In this document: positions 9,986 to 21,100 of the stretch, piece by piece
Position numbering within the stretch: the first letter of the stretch is position 1
Layout of the letters: every line of letters starts with the position of its first letter
Assembly: GCA_036172245.1 (NCBI GenBank)
Contig: JAYWIR010000005.1
Location: 248,001-312,000 of the forward strand
Source of the DNA: Raillietiella orientalis
Taxonomy: Eukaryota
DNA: 64,000 nt
Direction of reading: 5' to 3'
Translations under genes and position numbers: made by a program
The notes under the pieces: generated by a model
The model's database searches: none
Told to the model about the DNA's origin: nothing
What the model saw: the letters and a program-made list of their open reading frames with translations, nothing else

Positions 9986-12900
9986 ATGGCACGCTTCCAC
10001 GGCCTCCTCCTGCTGTCCCTCATCCTGCTGTCCTCCAGCGAACGGACTCGGTCCGACAACTGTAATCTCATTCCAGCAATCCACGTCCTGAAGTACCCGG
10101 GCTGCATCCCGAAGCCGGTTCCCTCTTTCGCGTGCAGAGGGAAGTGCAACAGCTACGTGCAGGTAACCCGCTTCGTTTCGTTTTGTGTGGCGTCCCGGAG
10201 CAGGGCGCTGGATGCCGGGATGCATGGAGGAGGAGAAGGAGGAGGAGGAGGGTGGGTGGGTGGCGGAAGGCGGGAACGAGTACGAACGCCGCGGTTTCAC
10301 AGAGACGGGACGAGCTGCCTTGGCGTCCGATGGCCGCGAGCGATCCCTTCCGAAATCCTCCTTCATCCGGAAGGAGTAGGCGCGCGGAAGAAAGCAACGG
10401 AAGACCCGCGACCCCCCCCCCCCCCCCCATCCCCCGAGTGGAAGTCCGGCAACACAAGCGCGAGTTTGCGGGCGGCTTCCGGCCCATCCGGGCACGAAAC
10501 CGGAAAGAATGTGGCGGCTTTGGCTCTTCCGGGTGCCACTCCCTGGCGACCGCGGGACAAAGATTGTCCTGCGACCTTCACAGGACGGAGCCGGGGATCG
10601 AGCACCTGCTTAAGACATTCCGCTTAAGACTTCTCGGAGCCTCGGGCCGCTCCTCGGATGTTTCCTCAGGCGACGATCGATCACTGTTAGTTCTTCCACT
10701 CAGACGCGCGAAGGGTTCAACAGGCGATCCGCAAGGCGAAAGACAAGGCAAAAGAAAGAGTGCGCCCTTGAAGCGCACAGCTTCCCTTGGTTTTGCTGTC
10801 TTTGATGGCATCTTCATTTCATGAGCATAACATTCCCATTCCATAAACACCATGTCCTCCTCCTCCTCTTCTCCACTTTCCTCTTTCTCCTCCTCCTCCT
10901 CCCCCCCCCCCCTTCCTACCCCCCTCATCTTTCCCTCTTCTTCCTCTCCTCTCCTTCCTCCATTCGTCCTCCCATGGCAGAGGTGCTGCGTGCAAAGGTC
11001 ACTCGCCTCACCGCCTCCGCTGGCCACGTCTCTTCGGTGAAAGGACTCCGAGCGATGTCAAGGCTGCGGAGCTTCCACAGCCTCCCGGGCCTTGCTCGCG
11101 CGTCGCTTCGACCCGGACAACTCTCTCATGAGTCCGAATCCGAACAGGGGTAGGCCGGCTCCGTTCCCCCACTTCGCATGCACCCTCCTTGAGATACGGG
11201 ATGTGCCGTTCGCGGACCCACGCATTTCGCAACTTGAGCGCGGCTCGGGAGAAGGGGAGCAACCCCTCAACCGTGGAACGAAGCCTTCCCGTAGCCGAAA
11301 CGCGCGAGGACGTCTCTCTTTTTTTGGGGAGGGGGGGGAGGGGGGGGCGTTTGTTTTCACGTTTCACGCGAAGTTGCCCCGCGCGCCCTTCGTAACGTTT
11401 CGAGCGTAACCGGGACGGCACGTGGACACCGCACGCACGCCGGAAGAACAGGAAAGGCTGGCGCGTAGAGAAACGTCTATTTCTGGAAAGATCCGCATCC
11501 CGCATCGCGCGCGCCGTTTCGCGGCGCTACGCACGAGCATCCTCTCGCGCATGCCAACCAACTCCCCAGCCTGCAGTGAGCTCGGGATGACGTCTTCAGC
11601 CGGCTGCAAAGGATTGCGGAACTGTCGCCGCCGCCGCGCTCAGTGCAGCAAATCAGGTCAACGTGCAAAGAGCGCCTTTCTTAAGAATGGACTACTTTGC
11701 GGATTGCGCGGGGGTGGCTACGGCTCGTGGTACGAGGCCCGCGGGGCAGGCGGCGCTTCTGCCCGCGCCGCCGTCGACGCCTGTTGATCGCTAACCACAC
11801 CGAACGAATGCAGTGTTCCCTCCAGTTTTTTTTTCTTCTTCTTCTTCTTCTTCTTCTTGTTTGTCTTTCCAGGTATCCGGGTCGAAAATTTGGCAGATAG
11901 AAAGATCCTGCAACTGCTGCCAAGAATCCGGCGTGAGAGAAGCAGTCGTCTCACTTCGCTGTACCGTCGGGAAATACGGCAAAATGGGCGCACGAAAAGT
12001 ACATCGTATACCCTATTTCCATAATTATCTCGATGGTTTATCGATGTATGCCCGAACGTGTGCAATAGGTGGAAAGTCCTGGAGGCGAAAGAGGCAGGGG
12101 ACGAGGGGGAGGGGAGACGGGAACCTCGCGCGCGCGTGCCCCGAAAGGCGCGCGCGCGCGCGGAGCGGAGGAGCGTGCTGATCCTGACGTCGATCCATCA
12201 GCACGCCAAATAAGTCCGCGACAACCGTAAGTCGTTCGTCGGTATCCCGGACTTTTCGGAAGAAGGATTCCCCCTTCGGAAAGGAGCACCAGGAAGGAAT
12301 CCGGGAAGGAACTCTTCTCTCCCGAACTTCATAAATTTCTCACGGTTGCAGCTCTTGCAATGCAAACTTTCGTTTCCTGTCGCCCGCGGATACAATGAAC
12401 GCGGAATATTTGCCGTCTGATTGAATGCTCGTAATACGTAACAAATGCGTAATCGGTAATTGCGTGTGTGCGTTTTTGTTTTTGTTTTTTCCTTCTTTTT
12501 TCTCTCCCTCTCTCTCTCTATTTTTTTTCCTTTTTTTTCGTTTCGTATTTTTGCAACACTGATTCGGTGAACTTCGCACCTGGAAAGCAAAAAACTTAAC
12601 GGCTGCCCTGCAGACATCAATCACCTAGGCAACGAAAACAGTAACAAGTAGTGCATGCGCTGTCGAGTCGTAGACGCAAACGCCTATAAAAATCAATAGT
12701 TCCATGGCCCTTTTCACCTGATTTGTTTTATTTGCATTGAGTGCTGCTGCTTTCCCTTCGCATGAAACGGTCCGCCAACTCAAAGTAAGAACAGTGTTTG
12801 TAAAAATAAAATAAAATACAATAAAACCAGCCTCCCGAAATTTTTCCCATTGCGATCACCGGACAACCGACTCACTGTGAACCCAGGGTAGCTCACGCGG

Positions 12901-13994
12901 AAAGTTTCGTTAAAAGTCTACGAATTTCTGGCTGAAGCAGTGTGCAGTTAGGTACAGAGCGAGCCGCGATTTCTGGGTCGCTCCACGGCTTGCATGCTTT
13001 TGAATTCGGAGTTCACCGGGCCTCTGAAGATACACGATGGACGCAATGCATGTGCACTAAAGTGATGAGTGAGATTTAGAAGGAGCGCCGGAATGGGGAA
13101 AAACATCGCCGGGAGTGACCTCTTCTCGAGTACAGATCCCCTCTGGCTCAAGAGATCACGCCGGACGAATTTATGAAACCCGTGATTGCCACAACGGCAG
13201 TAGGAAGGCTTCATTGGGGAAACTGCAAACCGAAAATGAAAACCAACAGACTCTCGAAAAAGTGAGAAGAAACTGGCGGACTTCAGAGGATTTGCGGAGA
13301 CCAATCGATTTCCTCTGGGAGACAGCTTTTGACCTGTCACACGCGAGGTTCCCACTTTGCCGGTGGTCTGAAGAAATGCCTCGGATCATCACATGCGCCT
13401 TGGAGTCTTTCTCTACACGTCTTCAAGCAGAATTCCCACGAGTGACTCGATCTGCTTTCCAAAAGCAGCTCGGGATGGAACCGAGGCAACCCAGGAGTGA
13501 CCGACCACCAACGGCGACGTAGCAGTCAGTGACGCCGGTCGCAGCAGCAGCCAACACGTCTTTCGCAAACGGCGAAATGTCCGCTTCGGTTCCGAACGGA
13601 GCCGCCGCCATCCAGCTGCGGGAACCGGGAAAGAAAAGGCAGGAACTTGCGTCTCACCCCTAACCCCCCCCGTCAAAGGTACAACGACGCACGCAGTGCC
13701 TGGAGGCGTATCGGGTGCGGAGAAGAGCTCGGGAGCGCGCGTTCTGCTTCTTTGCAGCAGCGGCTCTGAGAAAAAACGAAAAGCCCATTATCCACTCGGA
13801 AAGCGACGAGCGGCTGCAAAGTGCTTGGCGCCAGCCCGAATTCCTGTGTTGTTCTGGGGTTCGGCCCTGCAACTTTCCTTTTGTGTCCATTCTAGGTGGT
13901 TACGCGGGCCCCCATTGATTGCATGTGCCGTCCTTGCACCGCAGTGGACGAAGCGAACATCAAACCACAAGAAATGGTCCCCTACGAAGACTGA
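9986..13994 (+). CDS. burs: Bursicon alpha subunit, cystine-knot neurohormone, 133 aa, 3 exons: 9986-10162, 11873-11998, 13896-13994
   Basis: Spliced translation: MARFHGLLLLSLILLSSSERTRSDNCNLIPAIHVLKYPGCIPKPVPSFACRGKCNSYVQ|VSGSKIWQIERSCNCCQESGVREAVVSLRCTVGKYGKMGARK|VVTRAPIDCMCRPCTAVDEANIKPQEMVPYED*. It has a signal peptide, 11 Cys and the diagnostic motifs YPGC, PSFAC.G.C.SYVQVSGSK, ERSC.CCQESG and RAP.DCMCRPC. Both introns are phase-0 GT-AG. Confidence 0.97.
11825..11870 (+). repeat. T-run/(CTT)n microsatellite forming the polypyrimidine tract of bursicon alpha exon 2
   Basis: tttttttttcttcttcttcttcttcttcttcttgtttgtctttccag directly precedes exon 2. Confidence 0.85.
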
Positions 13995-14589
13995 CGCTTC
14001 CGAGCCACTGAAAACATCCCTCTGCTCTAGCGCTCTAAACCCGAAGGCATCCCGTGATTCGTTCCGTAAGACGTCCCTTGGACGATCTTCTGTTTCCTCA
14101 GATTATTTGCGAAAAGAAAATTTCAAAAGGAAAAAAAAAAAAAATATATGCTTAATTCAAGGTCAGACGAAGACTCTTGAAATATAATTTCGAAATGATA
14201 GATGCCCTGTGTTTTCTTTGTGTGTTTTGCTCTTCGGCGTGATGGCGAACGCGATAGGAGTGATGCAGACTTAACCTTCCGGTAAGGAGGCGACGCAGTC
14301 TCAGGAAGAACCATTTCGCGCCACGAAATGGTTGAGGTGGAGGGTTCCCTTCGACGATCCCCCACCCCCAAGCGTGAGAAGAACAGACTCCTTCCCTCCT
14401 CCGGATCCCTTCCCGGATTCATAGAGGAGGATTGGAGGGAAGAGTTGACACGAACCCTCGGGTGGCGTGGAGCAGTGTTGAAAAGCTTCGTGAGGAGTCA
14501 GGCGAACGGTTCCTGAGTACTTTAGCGAACCAAAAAAAGAAAAGAAAAGAAGGAGAGAGAGAGAAAAAAAAAAAAAAACAGCTGGAAGG

Positions 14590-16405
14590 AGAATAGCGAA
14601 ACATAAAAGAACCCTCTAAAGGATTTCCATCATTGTCATCAGGAAAATTGTGAGCAGGTTCCTTCTCGTTCGTCCTTATTGGTGGGCACGAGCTCAGTTC
14701 CGGTTCCACGCCAGCTTACCGCATCTGCAGTTAACCAAGAAAGCACCACGCAGGTTGTGGATTTTCGAGTGAGCGTTATTTATAACGCAGCGCACTGGGA
14801 TAGATTTTCCTTGAGTACGGCTCTTGTTAATGAAAATTCCTCGTACGCTTTTGGAACGAGAAAGCTGCAGCTGCAGAATGGGATTTCCGTGGAGTGGTAC
14901 ACCCACGGAAGGTACACCGCGCGTCTAGAAATGCATCCTATGCATGCTGATTTGGATACGCGCTTACCCCAGTTCTTCCTTGCAACAACCTATTATTGGA
15001 TTTGATGCAGGGTCCCTCGCCAAACTACGGGTTCGTTTCGTAGGCCTTTTTCCTCTCCTGCAGCATCCGCGTGTTTGCATCTCGCGTGAATGCGAGCGGC
15101 AAGCAGGCATCTCCTCCTCCGGGCCTTGCATGTTTCAGAAGACACTTTCCAATCCAGGGTTTCGCACCGCTCCAGCTGCGCTTTTGTGGTCAGTGCAAAC
15201 AGAGTCTCAGCGTCCCGTCCTCAGTCAGCCTTCATGACACCACCCCGCCTAGCGTCATTACACACTGTCTACACACTACCTCAGTCAGCGCCGTCACTTA
15301 CGCCACGACACGGTCTTCTGCTGACACTTCGTTTCATCATCAAGCTCCGAAGATGCAGGAACACTGCTGTTCCTCATCGCTGCTTTCACCCTTTCACGAT
15401 TTGTAGACATCTCGGGTGACCCTACAAGCAGTCCGTCCTCACTTTAAATATTCCTAGAGCGAATGAGGGCACTAATAAACACCTGGTGTGTCTCTCACTC
15501 TGAAAAGTTAAGAGTGGCCCTCCGGTGCCGAAAGTGATCTCCCATGCTTTCAATCATCTGAAAACTTCGTTCTTGCACATTCGTACTCAAACGAACACCT
15601 CCAGCACTGGTAACCTGGGTGCTTTCTCTGGAAGACGCGTGGTGATTCTGCCGTAAGTTTAGAGTGCTGCAAGAATCAGCACGTGATCTTGTCTGCATTT
15701 CGCGCCCCGAGACCTCTGTTGTAACTTCTTTCAAAGATGCACCCTGTAGAGCAATGAGCAGACATAGGATGCTACAAAAGAGAGCCTTGAATACAATGCT
15801 ACTGCCTTCCTCAATGAGATGATGGTGAAGAACAAACTTATTTACGGCTCCTTGATGTTCCTGCCAAAGTCCGCTTTTCCGTACGTGATATCGAAAGCAT
15901 TCGGCGGTCTCTGGAGTTTTCGTTTCTGTTGCTAAGTTGGAATTTGGGTTTCATCTGTTTCATCACTTCCCCCATACGAAAAGACATGAGCATTCTTTGT
16001 GCCATGACCCACTCTGCAAGGTGCAAGAAGAAAAGGAATAGCACCTCAGCTCCGGGCTTCCCAAAAAGGAAGGAACTACGCTACCCGCCTAGAGGAACGG
16101 CTGAAACTCTTTATTTCTAAGAAACCATCAGACCAGCAGCAGTCCGTCACAGGCCAATGTTTCTCACTCGGAACCAGTGATAAATATGCACATGGTTTCC
16201 CACTTTCCCAAAGCACAAAATCAAAGCTGTTGGCCCATTTCCTAAACGGTGAGGGAACACGAGTTGCAGATTTCAATGGGCAGGTGTTTCGAAGATCGAA
16301 AGGAATTTCGTCACAACGGCGATCTTTCTTGTCCGCCTAGCTGTCCCGGGGACGGAAACAACAGCAATCTTCTCAGACATGAAGACTCTATGAAAACCAT
16401 CACTT
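14590..16405 (-). pseudogene. Probable decayed, unprocessed Axin-like gene (RGS-like and DIX-like remnants)
   Basis: PSPFRKWANSFDFVLWESGKPCAYLSLVPSEKHWPVTDCCWSDGF (ORF 16076-16276) resembles the start of the Axin RGS domain. GKSIPVRCVINNAHSKIHNLRGAF (14720-14815) and PDDNDGNPLEGSFM (about 14600-14645) resemble the Axin DIX domain. GT-AG micro-introns lie at 14925-14967 and 14675-14719. Frames are broken by stops and frameshifts. Similarity was judged by eye only. Confidence 0.45.
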
Positions 16406-18156
16406 AAAAATGAGAAAACACAATTGCTCAATTCTTGTTTTCCAAAAAAAGAAAAAAAAGTTAATCCTGGAATAAATTTCAAAGTCCTTTTAAGTCCCGA
16501 CCTCCGGAAGAGGTCTTCTTGGTCACCTAGCAACCAATTCTAGTTCTCCCGGAGTTTTTTTGTGTACGAATCCAACTTCAGTGGCAGAGTAAGAATGACA
16601 AAGCCACAAGCGCCTCCTGTCTTCCATCAATAAGAAAAGATCAAGCAAATCAGCTGAGAGTAGGCAGCAAAGTCTGATGCAGCCTCTGTAAGCTGGACCA
16701 ATCGGGTGGGTAAGGTAAGAATTCTGCATCGTCAACCGATCTACCCGATAGTTCCTGCTGGTCTGAAACTTGTTCCTGGTTTTTGCCTCGTCATGGCCGC
16801 AATGAATTCTTCTTGTGGCTCTTCATCCTGAACAGTACTCTCCTGTCGCGCCATGCTGGATGGCCAGGCACGTGTTCAGCTTCGATTTCTAATCTGACCA
16901 CCTAAGCTGAGAATTGATGGTTTCTTCAGGGTACCCTTGTAACCTTTTCGAAACTCCTTTCGAAATGAAAACCCTCCTCCTCCCAATGTAGCAATATATC
17001 CAGAAGCTGATAATTTACAAAGAATCAAACTTCTTGGACGCAACGACGTGGAAGGAACGCTTTGCATGGGCAGCATTTGTGGCTTCACGGAAGGCCTGCC
17101 AAGTGACCAGGAATGATCGATTAATCATATTCCTCAACTGTGCAAAAACGGGTTTGCGCCGCACCCGCCAAGCTCATGTTTATAAACTTCCTCTTAAGCC
17201 AAGCAAGAAGTCACTTTCGCTGCTGCTTCCAAGTGCTGGTCACGCTGCACCCGCGTACGTGCGTGGGTTCGCGAACGCAGACACTGCGCCGTCGGCTATG
17301 TTTATGTGGCGTCCTGCAACTCGGCTCACGCGCGCCCGGCAGAAACTCGCATGCACCACGGAAGACAACGCACTCGGTTTCCCCCGCGCAGCTTCAAAAG
17401 GAACACCCCCTGGACCCACAAAGCTACCGATTCTCGCCATTTGGTTCGTTTGCCGTTAGAAAGAATCGCGTCTCAAGTTCTTTCCGGTCTGGCCTGCAGG
17501 TTACAAAGGGGGTTACAAAGAAATAACGCACAGCTTGCTCTTTCGACAACACACCGTGGCCGAAAAAATGGTGCGCCACGGTGTTTGGGTGTTTCGGCTG
17601 CCCCCAGGCGAGTGTCTTCTTGTGAGGTGCTTGCAACCTTCCACCCATAGCACACATCTTTTAGTGTTCCGTGGTGAGAACTCTGCTCTCTTTCTTCCCT
17701 CCCTTTCCAGTTCCCCGAATTTCCGCACTGCCTCGCCTCGTCACATCTTCATTGCAGGAGAATAGGGACTCGACCTTAGCTACTACAGTTCCCAGGAATT
17801 TGGTGAAAAAATCACGTGCTTTACCGAAGACCTATTTTCCCGTTTATTTACTGATTACCTGAACTTCGATTTTATGCCGAAAACATGGCCCACACGTTCG
17901 TGAAGTTTCTTGTGCACTGAAGAAAATGATAATGAAGCTGGATAACAGTTGCTACTGCCACATTACATAAAACCTCAATTCCAAAATATGTATTCACTCA
18001 CGGATGAAATCGGAACACAATAACAATTTAGTATTCTTTAAAGAGCCGAATACTCTTGACAGCATTGCAACAACACCATCAATGGAACGCGATTGTTCTT
18101 GCACATGCTGCTTAGTAAAGATTTGCGGGCTATTTTTAGAATTTACTGGACAACTG

Positions 18157-21100
18157 TCATGGAACCCGATTTATAACCTGGAGAATGCTATGCACTGGTA
18201 TATACGATTTCTGTCTGTAAGAGATGATCATAACATTCCGATTAGGATTGGAATCGAAGGATTGCGACTGGCATCCAAAGAAACTGCTGTATTCATGGAT
18301 AAATTTGCGATGAACAGAATTACACGAAGGAAAGGAAAATCCCAGGCTGCTTCTCTCTGACTTTGGAAAGATAACGTCATCGAAAGCGCGTGGGCACGCA
18401 AGTTACCTTGTTCGATGCAGTGACCAGGCTGGCCAATTTGTTGTGCACTCTCTCTGCAAAATTGGGATTTTCTTTTGCAAAGGATAACAGGAACATGGAA
18501 TACTTGGGAATTTCGGATGGTCGCACATTCGAAGGAGATATTTGTAGCGCCTCGGCCATTCTTTTGTTTCTCTGAAGTCTCTTGCATTCATCATCACAAT
18601 CCAACCTAGATTCAACCCCACAAATAATTAGGAACTTGGACAAGTCGACTTACATTTGCTGCTCTGATTTCTTATCTGCCAAACCGACTTCTTCGGCTTG
18701 TGCTCCCCCTCTGATCACCTCTGGTACTGCTTTCATTTCAAAGCAAAACACCCATTTCTTCTGCCTTTCACAAGCACAAGAAATGGCAATCTTCTCCTTG
18801 CACACCTCTTCCTTGCATTTGTGATTCTGGCATTTACCACCACAGATATGACCACATTTGTCTCGCCTAGCAACACAAGGCTGCATACAATATGCATCTG
18901 CAGTGACACATGGATCATCATGACAAATCCTCTGACATTTATGACCACAGGTCAAAGGCAATCCACATACTGCACCACATGATAATGATTCTTGAAAACA
19001 AGGAACGTTATTCAACAGCTTATGCTTTTTGTGGCACCACTTCTGCATTAGAAACGTACATGGGGGGCACTCAGCTTCATTATGGCAATTATGCATGACA
19101 GGATGAGAACAGGGATGTGGATGACGCTGACAAGGATTCGTGCATTCTTTAGGATGAGTTCCACATGCAACTGGAGGAAGGATCACCTGTGCTCCACAGT
19201 GGCATCTTAGTTCTTCATAAGCTGAACCCACACTAAAATATCAGTTGATCCAGAATGGTTTGCTCACAGTCTGGACATGGCACACACTTTCCAGCATGAC
19301 AAGACTGGCCACATTTGTGAAGCTTGCAAGGAAGGATTTTATTGCATGTAAGTGAACAAACATGTGATGACGATGTGCAGCATAACTCATGACACTGATG
19401 TTTCCCACAATTTAAATACTGTGAAGGTTCATGAATCAGCATTTCAGAAGACATTAGAATTTACCTTCAAGCATTTTTTAGAACACCTAAACAGACTCTT
19501 CTGTTGTATTTCTATACATTGAATTTCTTTTTTGCTTTTTTTACATGCACACGTGGTTTGGGTGGTTAAACGGCATGGTGGACATTCACCAGCATGACAG
19601 ATGGATTCACAAACATGTTCAGCTCCTGAATATGCATAATTGGTAAAATGAAAAGGTATGCATCAACAAAAGACCTGATCTATTTATATATTTATGTTTC
19701 CATGCAGTTCATTAGAATCACTTATGGATCAAAATTTAATGATTCTAAGTGAACACACAAAAACAAAAAATTCCTATCAGAATGCTGAGTTGACTATTTA
19801 TACATATTTATATAGATTCAAACTTTTAGCAGTGAGTTTCCCTTATTAAGTTTAAAGAGATATCTACCAATGTGCATGTGAATTGCAACAAATACAACAA
19901 ATCGGATCTTCAAATAAAATAAATGTGACTAGAATGTAAAATCGTAATTTCGTGGGCAACTGGCTCATGTGCAAAATGTTTTACCATTATATGTGTGTGT
20001 TTTTTGCAAGTAAACAGTTAAATCCCTAGGCTCATTCCCATTCAAATTCATGCATATCTTCTCTCAATTCACCCCTTCACACAATTTCATCCCCTTGCAA
20101 ATTTCCACAGTTGCAATATGCTATGTATTTTGTAAAGAATTACTCATCCGAGTCTAATTATGCATACATCACCAACATTTATGCTAAAACTATCCTCATA
20201 AGTTATGCTCAAGAGTGCATGTAACTGATGCTCTCAAATGCAGGAGAATCCATTGGATCACACTCAATTTTTGCATGGATTTATGAGGTACCAATTACAT
20301 ACATTACAACTCCTAGTTAAGTAGCAATTCACTTTTGGCTTATTTTCTTAAAAAACCTTCGAAATAATTACGATATTTTGCCGTATAGTGTGCATTTTAA
20401 CTGAACTTTTAATGCACTGTAGCATGCAAAACTACTTTTCAATGATGCACCTTGTGCTAATAACAAAAGGCATCAAAAAGTTCTACATGCACACACAAAA
20501 ACTTAAACATATAGAATATTTCAACTAATTCCTATATTATGGTATGCAACAATCGAAATTCTTGCAAAAAGAATGCATACACAACCTTCTGACCCACATC
20601 CCAAGATTTTTCCACATTTCTCTGAACATGTAGGAAGAGGATCCAAGCAACTTTTCCTCAATTTTCTGGAATTTTCATCAAGGACTGTTTTTCCACATGG
20701 GCAGTTTTTCTGTTCAATGTCTGTACGGCAAGGGTCGCAGGAACCAAGGTGACACACTCTATTGCAATAATGGTTTCCACATGATAATAGCTTGGAACAA
20801 ATCATACTGCAGGAAAAAGTTCCCTGCGAAGAATTTTCTTTAGTGCAGGGAACTGTCCTTTTGGTTTGAGTGCAATGGCATACTAAAAACGTATTTTTTT
20901 TCAACTCGGAATTTTCAAGCACAACAAATGCATAAAACAAACGCATGCACACATTGCAGGAATCATTGTTCCTGCGCTAACTACATTTTAATTCAAATTA
21001 AATAAAAAAACAGTAACTAGGAAATTAATCTGAGAAATGAAAAACACTCAATTTTGATAATTAATTTTACTGATGATTTATTCACAGTTTTATTTTAACA

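Noticed and set aside
9374..10627. 417-aa ORF as a single protein
   Set aside because: Only 9986-10162 is coding (bursicon alpha exon 1); the rest is GC-rich UTR and intron read-through.
9986..13994. Initial reading as glycoprotein hormone GPA2
   Set aside because: The 11-Cys spacing and the SYVQVSGSK, ERSC.CCQESG and DCMCRPC motifs are bursicon alpha-specific.
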